DNA of 64,000 nucleotides, taken from the NCBI GenBank assembly GCA_036172245.1, contig JAYWIR010000047.1, positions 744,001 to 808,000 on the forward strand. The letters run 5' to 3'. Shown piece after piece: positions 26,301 through 37,699 of this stretch (the stretch's first letter is position 1; each line of letters starts with the position of its first letter). Below the pieces are notes generated by a model, which was not told the DNA's origin, made no database searches, and was given only the letters and a program-made list of their open reading frames with translations. The position numbers were made by a program, and so were the translations under genes. The stretch is from Raillietiella orientalis. Its lineage: Eukaryota.

Positions 26301-26843
26301 GATGGAGGAGGGGGAGGAAAGGAAGGAAGGGAACGTCCCCCCGCGGCAGGAGGGACCCAAGTCAGCAGCAACAGCATCAGAGGCGGTGCCTGGAGCCTTC
26401 TCGAAAGGATGGGAAGGGGAGAGGAAAGGAAAGGTCCCCATCACCCCCCTCCCCTCCTCTCCTAGTCCGGGTTTCCCTCCGCAACGACCCAAGGGAAGTG
26501 GAACACGCGGGGCGACGCGGCGGAAGACGCTGCCTGGCAACCGCAAGCACCCGCCGTCGAGCCGCTGGCAACAGCAGAGTTCCTGGACGAGAGGGGGATG
26601 GGGTGGGGGTCCCCTCCGTCTGGAGCGAGGAGGCGTCTCCTCCCCTGCCGGCCCTCAGGGAATAGCCTTCTCCGGCTCTCTCCTGCCCTTCCGGGGGACA
26701 GCGGTCGAACGCCGGAAGGGTGTGCGGCGGAGCTGGGAGAGCTCTCCCTACCGTTCCCCGACGGCCTTCGGGGGCGAGGGGATGGGGTGAGGCGCGGGAA
26801 AGACCTCTCCCTCGGAAGGATCTCTCTCCCCCTTCCTACCTAC

Positions 26844-27071
26844 CTTCGCGCCGAAGTCCGTGAAGACGTTCTCCAGGTCTGCCTGGCAGGTGCCCCCTCC
26901 GATCTGCTGGAAGAGCTCTTCGCCGGAGCTGAGCGTCTCAGACTCCCTGAGGTCCTTGATTAGGGCCTGCAGCTCCACGTTGGTCAGCTCCTTGATGGGG
27001 GAGCAGCTCCGGGGAACGTCCGCAACGCTGCCGCCGTTCGGGCAGAGGAACTTGCAGGCTGCCGCGTTTCC
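26844..27071 (-). CDS. Eip74EF: E74A-like ETS transcription factor, second coding exon (GNAAACKFLCPNGG...SSGEELFQQIGGGTCQADLENVFTDFGAK)
   Basis: Acceptor cctcttccAG, 228 nt open in phase 0, donor GTAGGT. Codon usage is gene-like (GC3-rich). SSGEELFQQ...LENVFTDF resembles the recalled E74A motif SSDELFRS...IESLLSDL. Confidence 0.72.
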
Positions 27072-27349
27072 CTGGAAGAGGCGGCAGCGGTGGGCGGTGC
27101 GAACCCGCGGCTCGAGGCGACTCTACGGCCAACGCCTTCCTCCCTTCGCAACCTCCTCTCCCCCTCGTCTGGACGCAGACGCGCCTCTTTCTCGCGAAGA
27201 GCAGCCCAGACCTGGTTCCGCTCGCGAGAGCAGCAGAGGGCGGCTGGCCCACAGTACCTCCTCAGGGGACAGGAGGAGGGAAGGGCTGATCCCGCTCGCG
27301 CGTTCTCCAGAGCGGTGCGGTACGCGTGCAGGAGGGGAGAGGCGCTCAC

Positions 27350-27415
27350 CAGGATGGGGCTGTCCAGCAGCCTGGCTTCGGTTTCCGGGTACCACATCAT
27401 GTCTTCTTGCAGCAT
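27350..27415 (-). CDS. Eip74EF: E74A-like ETS transcription factor, first coding exon (MLQEDMMWYPETEARLLDSPIL)
   Basis: ATG at 27415 with A at -3; 22 codons, then a GTGAGC donor (phase 0). The peptide resembles the E74A N-terminal motif as I recall it from Drosophila (MPFIDDALLWCPDNDGRLV). No ETS domain is in the window, so identity rests on N-terminal similarity only. Confidence 0.7.
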
Positions 27416-27507
27416 GCTAGGCGAGGGCTGTCGCGGCGGCGAATCTCTGCGGTCGCCTCAGCGCGGGCAGCATCCTTTCCTTTCCGTCTTCTTCGTCTCC
27501 TTCAGCA
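27416..27507 (-). other. Predicted 5' UTR part of the ATG-containing E74A exon, containing an 18-codon uORF (27473-27417)
   Basis: Minus-strand acceptor ttcttcttgctccctttccAG ends at 27508. The uORF reads ATG CTG CCC ... GCC TAG, then C, then the main ATG. Confidence 0.55.
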
Positions 27508-27655
27508 CTGGAAAGGGAGCAAGAAGAACGGTAGTTCTCAGGGCACCGCGCACTCGACCCTTCCCCCTCCCCTGATGGGGAGGGCGCCCTCCCCAGGCGC
27601 CTCTGCCCTCCCTGCCGAGGTCTTGCTGCGCGGCCGGAGGCGCTGGTTCGCTCAC

Positions 27656-27752
27656 GCGCTCCTCGCTTCGCCCGTGGTGTCCGCCGAGGAGTCGCTCGCT
27701 CCTTCGTGGAGCGAGCGATCTGCTCCGACTAAGAGCTCTCCGGTTTCTCGTT
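27656..27752 (-). other. Candidate non-coding 5' UTR exon of E74A
   Basis: On the minus strand a very long polypyrimidine tract (plus-strand A/G tract about 27758-27833) ends in caaAG at 27753; a GTGAGC donor starts at 27655. No transcript evidence. Confidence 0.4.
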
Positions 27753-28618
27753 CTTTGAGGGGGGGAAAAAGAAAAAAAAAAAAAAAAGAAAGAAAGAAAG
27801 AAAAAGAAAAAGAAAAGAAAGAAGAAAAAAAAAATTGGACAAACAAGCCATTAGCGATAATTTGTTTGTGACACCAATTCATCCACCGAATGTAATGGAG
27901 TTCATCCGCGCGCGCGCGCGAGCGCGATATTAATAAAAAGGCGAGAGCGAGATGTGCGCCACTCCGACTCCAGGCCCCCCCCCCGTTCCTCCCCCCCTTG
28001 CCAACACCGGTGTTTGCCTCTCGCGTTGGAACGTGGATTGATCGCATTCGTTGGGGGGGGGAGGGGGGTCCCACCACCAGCGACTACTTAATTTAATGGG
28101 ATATTCCCCCCGACGTTCCCGCTCGCGCTCGTCTTTCGATGTTTCGAAAGATCCCCCCCCCGTCCCCCCTCCTCCTCGTGCACCGCCGCCATCGCCATCC
28201 GTGTCATCCGTCCTTCGAGCGTGCCACCCCCGCGTGCTTTGCGTCGCAACCGCGCGCTCTCCGCTTCTCCCCTTCTCCTTCTCCATTTTGAATTTCTTCG
28301 TTCCCCAACAATGCTGCTGCCCCCCCCCCCTCCTCCCTCGGCGTCCTCGTTGCCATTGGTTTCGCATACGTGTTAGCTTCTCGGTGGCGGTCCGAGCGAA
28401 ATCTTACGGTCGTGCTCCCCTTCTTCCCCTTCACCTTTTTTTTATTTTAATTTGAACTATCTTTACCGAAAACTGGCGCAATGTGCACCTTCTTCCCGTC
28501 TAGGATCTGCATCGGAGCTGTCCGATCATCAGGCTCCGTAAGCAAGAAGACTCTCCCGCTCTCCCCACCCACCCCACCACCAACCCCCCAAACAGTGCTC
28601 ATGTGGCGACCATGACCG

Positions 28619-28657
28619 ATGTGCGTGCGTGCGTGCGCGCGCGCGCGCGTGTGTGTG
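28619..28657. repeat. Alternating purine-pyrimidine tract (GTGC)n(GC)n(GT)n
   Basis: atgtgcgtgcgtgcgtgcgcgcgcgcgcgcgtgtgtgtg. Confidence 0.9.
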
Positions 28658-31600
28658 AAAGCACATCACACACTGTTCGTAGGTTTGGGGAGTACGAAAG
28701 ACGAGAAGGGTTTCCTTTCTGAAGGTAAGCGCGAGAGTGGGATCCCTCTGAAGAGATCGAGACCGGATTGGAACCCACACATCTGCAAGATTACGGCGAG
28801 TGAGCACGCTCGCAGAGAATGATCGGATGCCCACTTCCCTTTGCTGCATCCAACCTCTCACCTTAGCAAGTGATTTTGCGTGCGGGTAAACACGTGCGAA
28901 GGGGTGATCCCGGGCTCTGCTCCGGGTGGCACACTCCTCATCAGTTACCTCATTAGCATGGAACTGGCAGCCGCTGATGCGCGGCTAACCTCGAGGTCCT
29001 CGAAGCGAAACGCTTGCTGGCCATGTTCTACCCTTCGCGCAAACCCCGCACACCCCGAAGGGTCGCCGTGGAGGCCGCGCGCCCACCGAGCGGGGCGAGC
29101 CATCGCTGTTACGCGATATGATCGCCGATGGAGTGATCATCGGCAAACTTTATTTATGGTGGTGCCGGCCGTGAGGCGATCCCATTTCATTAGCAATGTT
29201 GTCACATGTCACAATTTACTGTGAGAAGCACTGGGGGGATTTGGTTGCGTTCTCACGACAGCAGGCAGAGGAGACCCGAAGATTAGCACCGTCGCGTTCC
29301 GATACCTGAATGGCACTACTGCGGCTCTCTCTCTCTCTCTCTCTTTAGTAGTAGTCAATCTGCTTCATCCCTCCCTCCCAGAGTTCTTTTCTGCTCCCAA
29401 GAACTTCTTGTTCAGGGCAGTCCCTCAGACCCTACCTAACCTTCGTTTCGATTAAACCCAGACCGAGTAGAAGGGGTCTACTCCAGCTCATGTTCCTGCA
29501 CACCCTGCCAAGGAAGACGGGCTCGAACGAATTCCTCGGACAATTTCCTCCAGGAACCACCTCGGAGGGCGCAGGCACCACCACAAACACCGTCACAGGG
29601 CTACCACATTTCTGTCCTCCGCAGAGAGAGCATGTGTGCTCGCTCAACACACGCATGAGCCGGGACGTAATCCTGAATTCCTCGAGAACCAAAGTCGGTA
29701 CCTCTGTTCTAACCGTGGTCCATTGCATTCGGCGGCTTCGTAAGAGACCGAGCACGCGTCTCGGACTTTGTTTGACGTGCGGACTTTGCTTTTTCAGTCC
29801 GAAGATTCCGAGTTAAGAAGAGCCACCACACAGCCTGGCCGTTTCAAAAAAGTGCTCATGCAGAGCAAACGAGGGGAGAAACTTCAGAGGCTCCGAGCTG
29901 GGATTGCAGCAAGAAAGAGAGGAGAGCAGAAGACTCATGGTGGTTTCAGAGGAGCGTTCAAAGGAGCGGTTCTAGGATAGGAATTTCCACCCTTCACTTC
30001 GAACAACCGTTCGTGGCAGCAGCTTAGACGCAACGGAAAGCACGAATTACAAACTGAACCTCTTTGAAGAGAGGATGGGAGATATACGGAGGGAAGGATC
30101 GCAGTTTGGCAGCACGGGCGCAAGAACGTTTCAGTATCCACAGAATTGCCGAATCTGCATCCAAATTATTGAAACTAAAGACGATTTCTAAGAAGAGGTG
30201 GTGCGCCAAAGAGCGCAGGCAGCAAAGCTGCAAAACTTTAAAAAAAAAAAAAGAAAGGAAAAGAAAAGAAGAAAAAAAACACGCAGGCAGTAAAGTCTGG
30301 GTCAAGAAGGCTCTTTCCAACATACGTGGCAGCAGCTGACCACGAGTGTGCGCCTCCACGATGGATATCAGGTAATGTTTACGGAGCATCCCGAGATGAC
30401 TAGGTAAGCCGCCCACACTGCCTGTAGACAAAGGTGGGTGCACAGTTGGCGCCAAACGTCTCAAAGCGGCGTTACGCCGCCATGTCTTCTTGCTGTTCTT
30501 GCTCGTCCCACAAGAGGTCTCTCAGTCCGGCTGCGCTTCAGCCGTGAGGACTGCGCCTAATCACTCTTTGGTCAGTGTGCAAAATTTTCCTTACGAAATT
30601 ACAGCGTTTGGATTCGCTTGAGTGGCATTCGCAACCCAAACTAATGGGAACATTGGTTTCGTAGGTGTGTGTGTATGTGTAAGCGTGCAGGCGTTTCCGA
30701 ACACGTATGCCTTTCAGAGACCGGAATGATACAAGCTTTCCAGTTGGCTTGAAAGCGTAAATCCAGGAAAGGAACACACACACATCCAGCACACACCGTA
30801 CAAGGGCTACAACATAACGAATGGTTCCTGAAAAGCCATTGCTCCCCTTCGTTAGCATCTGTTTCTTGTTTTAAAATTGCAAGCAACTTTCGGAAAGCTC
30901 GACAGCGCAGTGACGAAAAATGAGCCGGCGCCACAAGGTTGGCTTGAGTGCCATTCGGTGAGGCTGAGACGAAACGGGAATAATAAAGTGACGGATAGCC
31001 TCCCGGTGGAGACCTGCCGCCGCGAGGACCATAGAGATCCGTGCGCCTCCTCTGAATGCATCTTCGCGCGAACGCTGCTGCCAGATGAACCCTGCCCCGC
31101 AGCCGTGGCCAGTGGCGGAAAATGTCTCTGCAGCAGCGGGGTCATTCTGATGCCCTTTTGCAGGTTCTGTCCGCTTCTGCTTGAGGAATTCGACCGGGAT
31201 TGCAGGGAGGGTCTCCAGGTCGGCAGGTCCAGATTTCCCTGGAGTGTCGAGACTCTCATCCCTGGTTTGATCGTGTGACTCTAAATGATGCCAACGGAGA
31301 GAGCACGGCTAATAAGAATACCCTCGTTTTTGCGATCGCTCTATGGCATCCATGGGTGGGAAGCGTCATTTTGGCACGCGAAGCTGACGATCTGGGAGAA
31401 GGGAAGGAAAACCGACTTTGCAAAGGAAATTGTTCACAGTTTTCCAGTGGCGTTGCAGCCAAAGGAAAAACAGCACCCTGGTATCCTAATTTTCTAAAGT
31501 TGTGTGTACCAAAATTAGTCGCTAGAAGACATGCACGGAAATGCACTTTTGCTTTTTTCCCTCGCTCGTGAAGAGACGAACGATCTCTACAATTTTATGT

Positions 31601-33450
31601 TTCACGGTCCTTGGATCTAAAGTCATTCTGGAGCTTTCAAGGCTTAGCGACTATGTCGATTTGTTTCAGAGAGCCTGACGTCGCTGGATGTTACCGGTCT
31701 ACTCTTCCAGAGTTGTGAGTGTCCGACGGAATAAAAACAACTTCTGGAATTCCTTAGACGCTCGCATCCAGCACGCGCCATCTCGTCTAAAAGGAAGTAC
31801 TTTCTCATCGCTGAGTTCGCAAACCATTTGGAAAGACATCCCGAAGGCTTCGCTACAAGGATCAAAAATAAAAGCATTAGGAAATTGGTTCGAGGTACTC
31901 AAGCTGAATACTACTGAATATACCACACGAGATGAAGTCAGAAATGGAAAACCGATTCAAAGTCGATTCAATGACTACCGGAAAAAACCGGCACCTTGCA
32001 CAACGGACGAAGGAAAGCCTAGTTCTGGACATCACAGTGGACTGCGGATGATGAAAAGACAACCGCCGCCAACTCCTTTTTGCATACCTCCGTATTAAAT
32101 CATGTGCATTATGCATGCAAGTAACACCTCTCAACTGTTGATTTTATGAACTCATATTTACTTTATATATATATATATTGTTCATCACGGCAGGAAACTC
32201 TTTTTCGTTTTTCAACGCACTCATCCATGTACATCTCTGTCAATTTGATGATGGACGTTTTGGGGAAATCGGACAAAAGCTCGAAAGAGGTCTTTCGCTG
32301 AGTGAAGACTTTGGCGCTGTTGATTTGCCAGTGGATTTTCAGATTGTAGCAAACTTGAACTTCTCTTGCTGATCTTGACACGGAAGCTTCGAATCATGGT
32401 GAAATCACGTAATCTTATTATTTAGGACTTATTTGTAGCCCCTGCAGCTTTCGGGCTGTCCTTATTCCAAGTGCATTTAAAGCGCAAAAATCTCTTCATG
32501 CAAAAAGAAAAAAAAAAAAAGAAAAAAAATCGTTTCTTTTTGTGTGTGCTGCTAAATGGCCAGGTCCCGTGATTGTCATACTCTTTCGGATGTCGGGGAT
32601 TTTTTTTTTTTCTCTCCTCCAGAATCTCTAATACTAAGCCGCTGCTCTCCGGTGATGCCTTCTAATGCTTGTAACTTGTGCATTCATTTTAAGCAAATTG
32701 CGATGTTCATTGTCTTTTCTCTCCTACGGCATTTGTCGAAAAGACGATGCATTTACGAAAGCCTGCGTTTGAGAGAAGACTATCGTTTCCCATTTGCCAT
32801 CTTTGCTCTCCGTATAAAAAAGGGCTGCCACTTCTTGAATTTCATGAGTCACGAATCGTACATAGATGAACAATAACTACAAATCCCGAAGAGAATTCGA
32901 GAAAATTATGGATTAATTCCATAATTTCACTCATTAGAAAAAATTCCTTCTGGTCTGGCCTTAACTAATGATGGTCACGGTCACTGATTACTTTGAACAC
33001 GAGTACTACAATGTATCTTGCAGCATCATCAATTTTGCACATCCAAAATAAAGCAAGAAAGAAGAAGAAGGGGGGAAAAAAGAAAAAAAAGAAATGCTCA
33101 AAGTGTAGCGACAAAGCAGGCAAACTGTTCCAAAAAAATAAAAAATGAAAACAAAAGGCTGCAACAGAGAACTTGCTGTATGGTAAATTAAATTTGAAGC
33201 CACTTGCTGCCTATCAGTGGATTTGTCAAAAGAGTTTATGTATGGTGTGGGTGTCCTTCACAATTGCACATTTCACGTTAGATTAATTTTGTTTTTAATC
33301 TTTACAAGATGAGGCTGTTGTTTTGCTAAAGACATACGGCAAGGTCTGCACATGGATACTAATTTAGATGATGCTGCGCAATATTTCCGAAAGAGCACTT
33401 AATAGTTTTATTTGGTTCTTATCAAAGATTTGCAAACTATTATTTGACAA
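28650..33450 (+). mobile_element. Near full-length decayed L1/Tx1-like LINE between E74 and LSM11
   Basis: AHVPAHPAKEDGLERIP..ISSRNHLGG (EN), LDSAVTKNE...KVTDSLPVE (PDGLPVE), KIKALGNWF (KILGIWF), HLCQFDDGRFG (GGLG) and NLLYG...MVW (C-terminus) are colinear. Confidence 0.65.
29325..29344. repeat. (CT)10 microsatellite
   Basis: Read directly from the sequence. Confidence 0.9.
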
Positions 33451-33645
33451 GAAGGCAAAATGGTCCGTTATTAATACTCTTTTTTACGACTGCATGTGCA
33501 TCCACATATATGCTATATCCCTGAGCTCGCGCGCGGATTCCAATTCCGCATTTTGTTTCCAAAGCAAATCCATCTTCATTTCCACGTGTTCCAAAGGGAG
33601 AAAGAAAGAAAGAAAAAGACAGAAAGAAGGAAACGATTAGAGAAA

Positions 33646-33678
33646 ATAATAATAATAATAATAAAGCAGCAGCAGCAG
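33646..33678. repeat. Compound (AAT)n-(AGC)n microsatellite
   Basis: ataataataataataataaagcagcagcagcag. Confidence 0.85.
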
Positions 33679-33709
33679 AAAAGCTGTGGTGGTTTGTGAA
33701 AACACTACT

Positions 33710-34222
33710 TTCATGCGTTTCCACGGAGCGCGGTCCCATTCGCTGGGTGCGCGCACGCGCGTTCCTGGTGAAGGCGCGCGGCGAGGGCTGTCCTGCGCGC
33801 CGCTCTCTTCAGCGTTCCTTTGAAACACGGGAACGCCGCCGCCGCATCGAAAAACCGTCCTGTTGCAACCCCCGCCCCCTTCCTTAGCAGACCGATATCA
33901 TCCTGATGTTTATTTTCATCTGAAAAAGGGGAAACCTGGAAGCGTTCACTTCCACGCACAGTGGGGCGGGAGGGGGGGGGGGGGCACGTCGCTCGGCGCG
34001 CTCCCCGCGAAGAGAGATTCGCACGCACGCGAGCCGCCACGCACGCAAATCGCACGCACGTCGTAAGGGCTGAAACCGTTGGCGTGTGTACACTTTTAAA
34101 GATTGCTTTCGCACACCTCGCATCGCAGAATTGCAGAATCCCTTTCTGCCTCGCAGTGTGTGTGTTGCGTGTTGCAACCACGATCGGCAATGGTAGCCTA
34201 AGCCGCAGCCGTGCTCTTCGGG
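33710..34222 (+). promoter_or_regulatory. CpG-rich promoter/5' UTR region of LSM11
   Basis: Short CpG-rich patch between AT-rich flanks, directly upstream of the ATG; contains GGGGCGGG and TGCGCGCA motifs. TSS not determined. Confidence 0.5.
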
Positions 34223-34444
34223 ATGGAGGATGAGCCTCAAGACGAGGCTTCCGTATTCTGGTCCAAAGACTTTGATCCGCGCCAAGTACTCCTTTCGGAA
34301 GATGTGAAGCTCCACGGGCAAGATTCCGTGAAGCTCTACGACAACATTGAAAAATTCTACAATGTGTTCGTAGGAAAATGTGCAGAAAGCTACAAAGAGA
34401 AGAAAAAGATCGACCAAAGGAATGAAAGGCTCATGCCACCAGAA
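34223..34444 (+). CDS. LSM11: U7 snRNA-associated Sm-like protein LSm11, exon 1
   Basis: ATG, 74 codons, GTAAGC donor (phase 0). SKDFDPRQVLL...KLYDNIEKF resembles the Lsm11 N-terminal S-x-x-F-D-P...(D/N)N motif. Confidence 0.85.
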
Positions 34445-34699
34445 GTAAGCAGACCTTTACACTGTAATTTTGCTTCATTGAATTTACATTCACTCTGCAA
34501 GTAGTAGTCTCGGTTGGTTACTAATTTTTATGACCTAACATTTGAACAAAAAAGAAAGAGAGAAAACGAACGTATCATTCACATGGATGATGTTTAGTAT
34601 TGAGATGGGTCTCTGGAACAAACTCATTCGTGTATCGTTTTTTTTTTTGGAAAAATTCAGGCATGATGTAACGAGATAGCGGATGTAGGAATGGTTCTG

Positions 34700-36000
34700 T
34701 ATTGCATATCTGAAGTACAATATCAAGTTTCAGTCTTAATGTGTAGCAAACTCTTGTAACTAAAATTTGCCTTCATCCATGTCAAGAAAAACATCTCATT
34801 ACCTTGACCACATTATTTGACTCTTGGAATTGAAATGTCTTAAGATGGGAAAGCAGATTGCATAATCAAAATAGTCAGCATAACTAGGATAGGCACAGAA
34901 AAGTTGTGGCTCTGCAATGTAAGGATTGTATAGCAATCCTGTGGAAGTGTTCTTCCCACAGTTTCCTGCACTTTGCAATTACTAATTGCTCCTTGGTGCT
35001 TTGGCTTTGTTGAGGCTCTCGTCATATAACAATGTTTCCATGAATTCTCGTATCCCCTTGGAAGCAGTTAAAAAGCTTGAATTCTAAATATTTGAAATCA
35101 ATGCAAGTATAGGGTAATCAAAAAGTGCCAAGTCATTTCTCCTCACTGTATTTTCAATCTCCCCACATCCTAAATGCCTACTTATTTTGATATTTTCCAT
35201 TGAAAATTTCATCACACTTTATACTGCAAGTTTACTTTGAGTTTTTAAAGCATTCTGTTCATGTGTGCTCTTCAGGGAGTTGGTTAATTTGTAGATCTTG
35301 ATTGACCTCAATGCAAGTTTTTCCAGAGTTTTTTCCAGCAAATTGAATTTGCTTAAGGCAAGACACCCTCTTATTAAAATACCTGTTGTACAATAAAAGC
35401 AGTGGGATTTTGATTCTTGCATTAATTCAGCAAAGATGTATGACAAGACAAAAATAAAGGTGTCTTTTTCAAGCATGTCTTGTGCTTAAAGTAATTTCAC
35501 TCACATGAAAACACTCCACTGAAAACCTTCATTATGCTTCAAATTAGTACCTTCAGGAGAAAAGCAACCTGCGACCTTCTCTTAGTCACCTTCTGAGGTG
35601 ACTAAATAAGTAATTGCTTCAGGATGCAAGACTATAGTGTTCACACATCTGCAGAATACTTTAAGGGTACTTGAAGTGCAGGCATACATGTGCAGAGATT
35701 ATGCAATTCTGTTTGGAAAATGCGTGCTTTCAGCAATTTAATTGGAAAGTTGTTATTTGCACATTGGAAGTACAGAATTGAGCTTCTGTAGAAAAACTCA
35801 TACATTGGTGACTGGGGATCCTTACTTCATCGACGTTTAAGGGAAAAACAAACTGGGAGCTCATGATCTGACCTCAGTTGCCCACCCAGACTTGCATCGT
35901 CTTTATATTTTTCTTGCAGGTATGCTTGCCTCACCTTGCTATTTACGGCATCTTAGAATTTAGGTTGTAGCCAGGTGGAAATAAAAAGTAGTTTGTTTCT
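34700..36000 (-). mobile_element. AT-rich, CpG-depleted LINE remnant in LSM11 intron 1
   Basis: TTGILI...NLLEKTLEKL (ORF 35219-35476) and NCKVQETV...QDC (ORF 34840-35025) resemble the post-RT region and C-terminal zinc motif. Confidence 0.45.
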
Positions 36001-36142
36001 GCTTTTGGTGTTCGATTTCTTTCATTTCCATGGTAAGCTGCAAAGCTTGCAATTTTCAAAAGAAACAAAAATGATGATGATGATGAACTTTTTCAATATG
36101 TTTGTAAAGCCTGTACTTTTGCTACCATGAGGTGTCTTACAG

Positions 36143-36191
36143 AACAAAGCAACCAATAAAACAAGCGACGTATCCGAGATACGTAGGAAAG
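36143..36191 (+). CDS. LSM11: LSm11 exon 2 (NKATNKTSDVSEIRRK)
   Basis: Acceptor tcttacAG, 49 nt, donor GTATTG. It is needed to join phase 0 of exon 1 to the phase 1 start of exon 3. Confidence 0.75.
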
Positions 36192-36243
36192 GTATTGCAT
36201 CCAGGAAGCCTAACTGACTGAAAGAGTAACCTTTTTGTTGCAG

Positions 36244-36332
36244 GCAAAAAGAATGTGCTAACACGGATGGTGGACGCCAGAGGCCCCATGTGCAAGCTTG
36301 AGAAGTGTCGATTGGAACACATCCGCATAAGA
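36244..36332 (+). CDS. LSM11: LSm11 exon 3 (KKNVLTRMVDARGPMCKLEKCRLEHIRIR)
   Basis: Acceptor tttttgttgcAG, donor GTAAGC. NVLTRM...GP is the Lsm11 motif preceding Sm1. Confidence 0.9.
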
Positions 36333-36395
36333 GTAAGCTTCCGCCGCAGAGTTGGCGCCGCTTAACCGTTTGCTTCCCCCTCTCCCTTTGGGTAG

Positions 36396-36534
36396 GTGTG
36401 GACCAGGAATTACAATCAAGTTCGAAGTATCTGCCGGGGCTTTTTGAGCGCATTCGATAAACACTGGAATTTGGCGTTAACCGATGTCGACGAAATTTTT
36501 TACAGGAGAAAGAAGTGCAAAATCCCAGCCAGCG
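36396..36534 (+). CDS. LSM11: LSm11 exon 4, Sm1 motif (VWTRNYNQVRSICRGFLSAFDKHWNLALTDVDE)
   Basis: Close to the Lsm11 Sm1 signature G-F-L-x-A-F-D-K-x-W-N-x-A-L-T-D-V-D-E. Acceptor tccctttgggtAG, donor GTGAGG (phase 1). Confidence 0.95.
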
Positions 36535-36738
36535 GTGAGGAAACTGCTCCAGCCGGGCCGAAATCACACGGGAAGCTCTTTCGGGACCATTCGAAAGGGA
36601 TTCTCTGTTGCGAAAATGGGTGGGTGGGTGGAACCGAGTGAGAAAACGTTCCTCGCGAAGGAAGCTGCAGAATGCGCATCTGTGGCGCATCGCAGCTGGC
36701 AATCTGTTTGTCGCCGTTTCGTGGCTCATCCGTTTTAG

Positions 36739-36983
36739 GAGCTGTCGTTCCAGGATGTGCCGGCGAAACCAGCAGCGAGTCCGGAATCATCCCGGATCGA
36801 GAAGGAAAAATACCGGCAGCGGGCGGTGAGCCGGAAGCCTCGAGCAGAAAGTGGAAGCTGCTTGCAGCGAGGAAACACTACGACCTGTGCATTCGACATG
36901 CTAATCAGCTGTTCATCCGGGGGGAAAACGTCATCCTGGTTCACATTCCTCAGATCCTCGGAGCAGGTGGAGCAGCGTCGTGA
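36739..36983 (+). CDS. LSM11: LSm11 exon 5, Sm2 motif (RHANQLFIRGENVILVH) and stop
   Basis: Acceptor cgttttAG fits phase 1; Sm2 RGENV motif; TGA ends at 36983. The five exons total 744 nt (247 aa plus stop). Confidence 0.93.
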
Positions 36984-37060
36984 TACGGTTCCACGCGGGA
37001 TCGAAGAAACACTTGAGGTGTGCTAATGCGTTTGTAAATTTTGAAATCGAAGTCAACCAA

Positions 37061-37070
37061 AATAAATAAA
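37061..37070 (+). other. LSM11 polyadenylation signal (two overlapping AATAAA)
   Basis: aataaataaa about 80 nt after the stop codon. Confidence 0.6.
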
Positions 37071-37699
37071 GTCTACCCGGAAGCAGCCAGTTGCTCCTGG
37101 TCTCTCTCCTCCTCCCAATCCGTATACATCCGAGCTAACCCGAGTTCAGTCTTTTTATGGTTTGCAAGCGGCAGGTGGTGTGACTTTTCTCCAAAATGGA
37201 AATGATGAAAATTGGAAGGAAAAAAAAAAAAAAAAAAAAAAAAAGCACCTGTCGATCCGAGAGGACGTTATTTTAGATGGCGGACGAATGCACGGTAGCT
37301 GAGACAAACGAATAGGAAAGGCACGCGTTCTCATCTCCTTGAAAATAAAGTTCCGCGTGACCTCAACGCAGCACAAGGCTGAATTTGTATTGCAGCGGGA
37401 TATCGAATTCCCTCCCTTGCATGTTCCTGAGAAGAATGAGTTTCCTCATCGTCGAAGGACGCATTGTGGAGTGTACGAAATTGCTCACGCGGAGGAGGAC
37501 GCATAACTTACGCTGCTACCTGATGGAACGCCTTGAACCACCGAATGGCAAGGTTAGCGCACACGGAAGCTGCTCGTGTAAATGACGCAAGACATCTCGT
37601 CACAAAGGTGGTGTGTGTTATCTGCGGCAGGCAAAACGGTGTCTCGGAATGGGTTTTCTTATATTTAGGGGGAGGGAGGGAGGTGGGTTCCTGGATGCG

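Noticed and set aside
29430..33400. Apparent multi-exon plus-strand gene with plausible AG/GT sites (e.g. ENLLYGKLNLKPL...DDAAQYFRKST*)
   Set aside because: The pieces do not join into a known protein and instead follow LINE ORF2 motif order (EN, PDGLPVE, KILG, GGLG, C-terminus).
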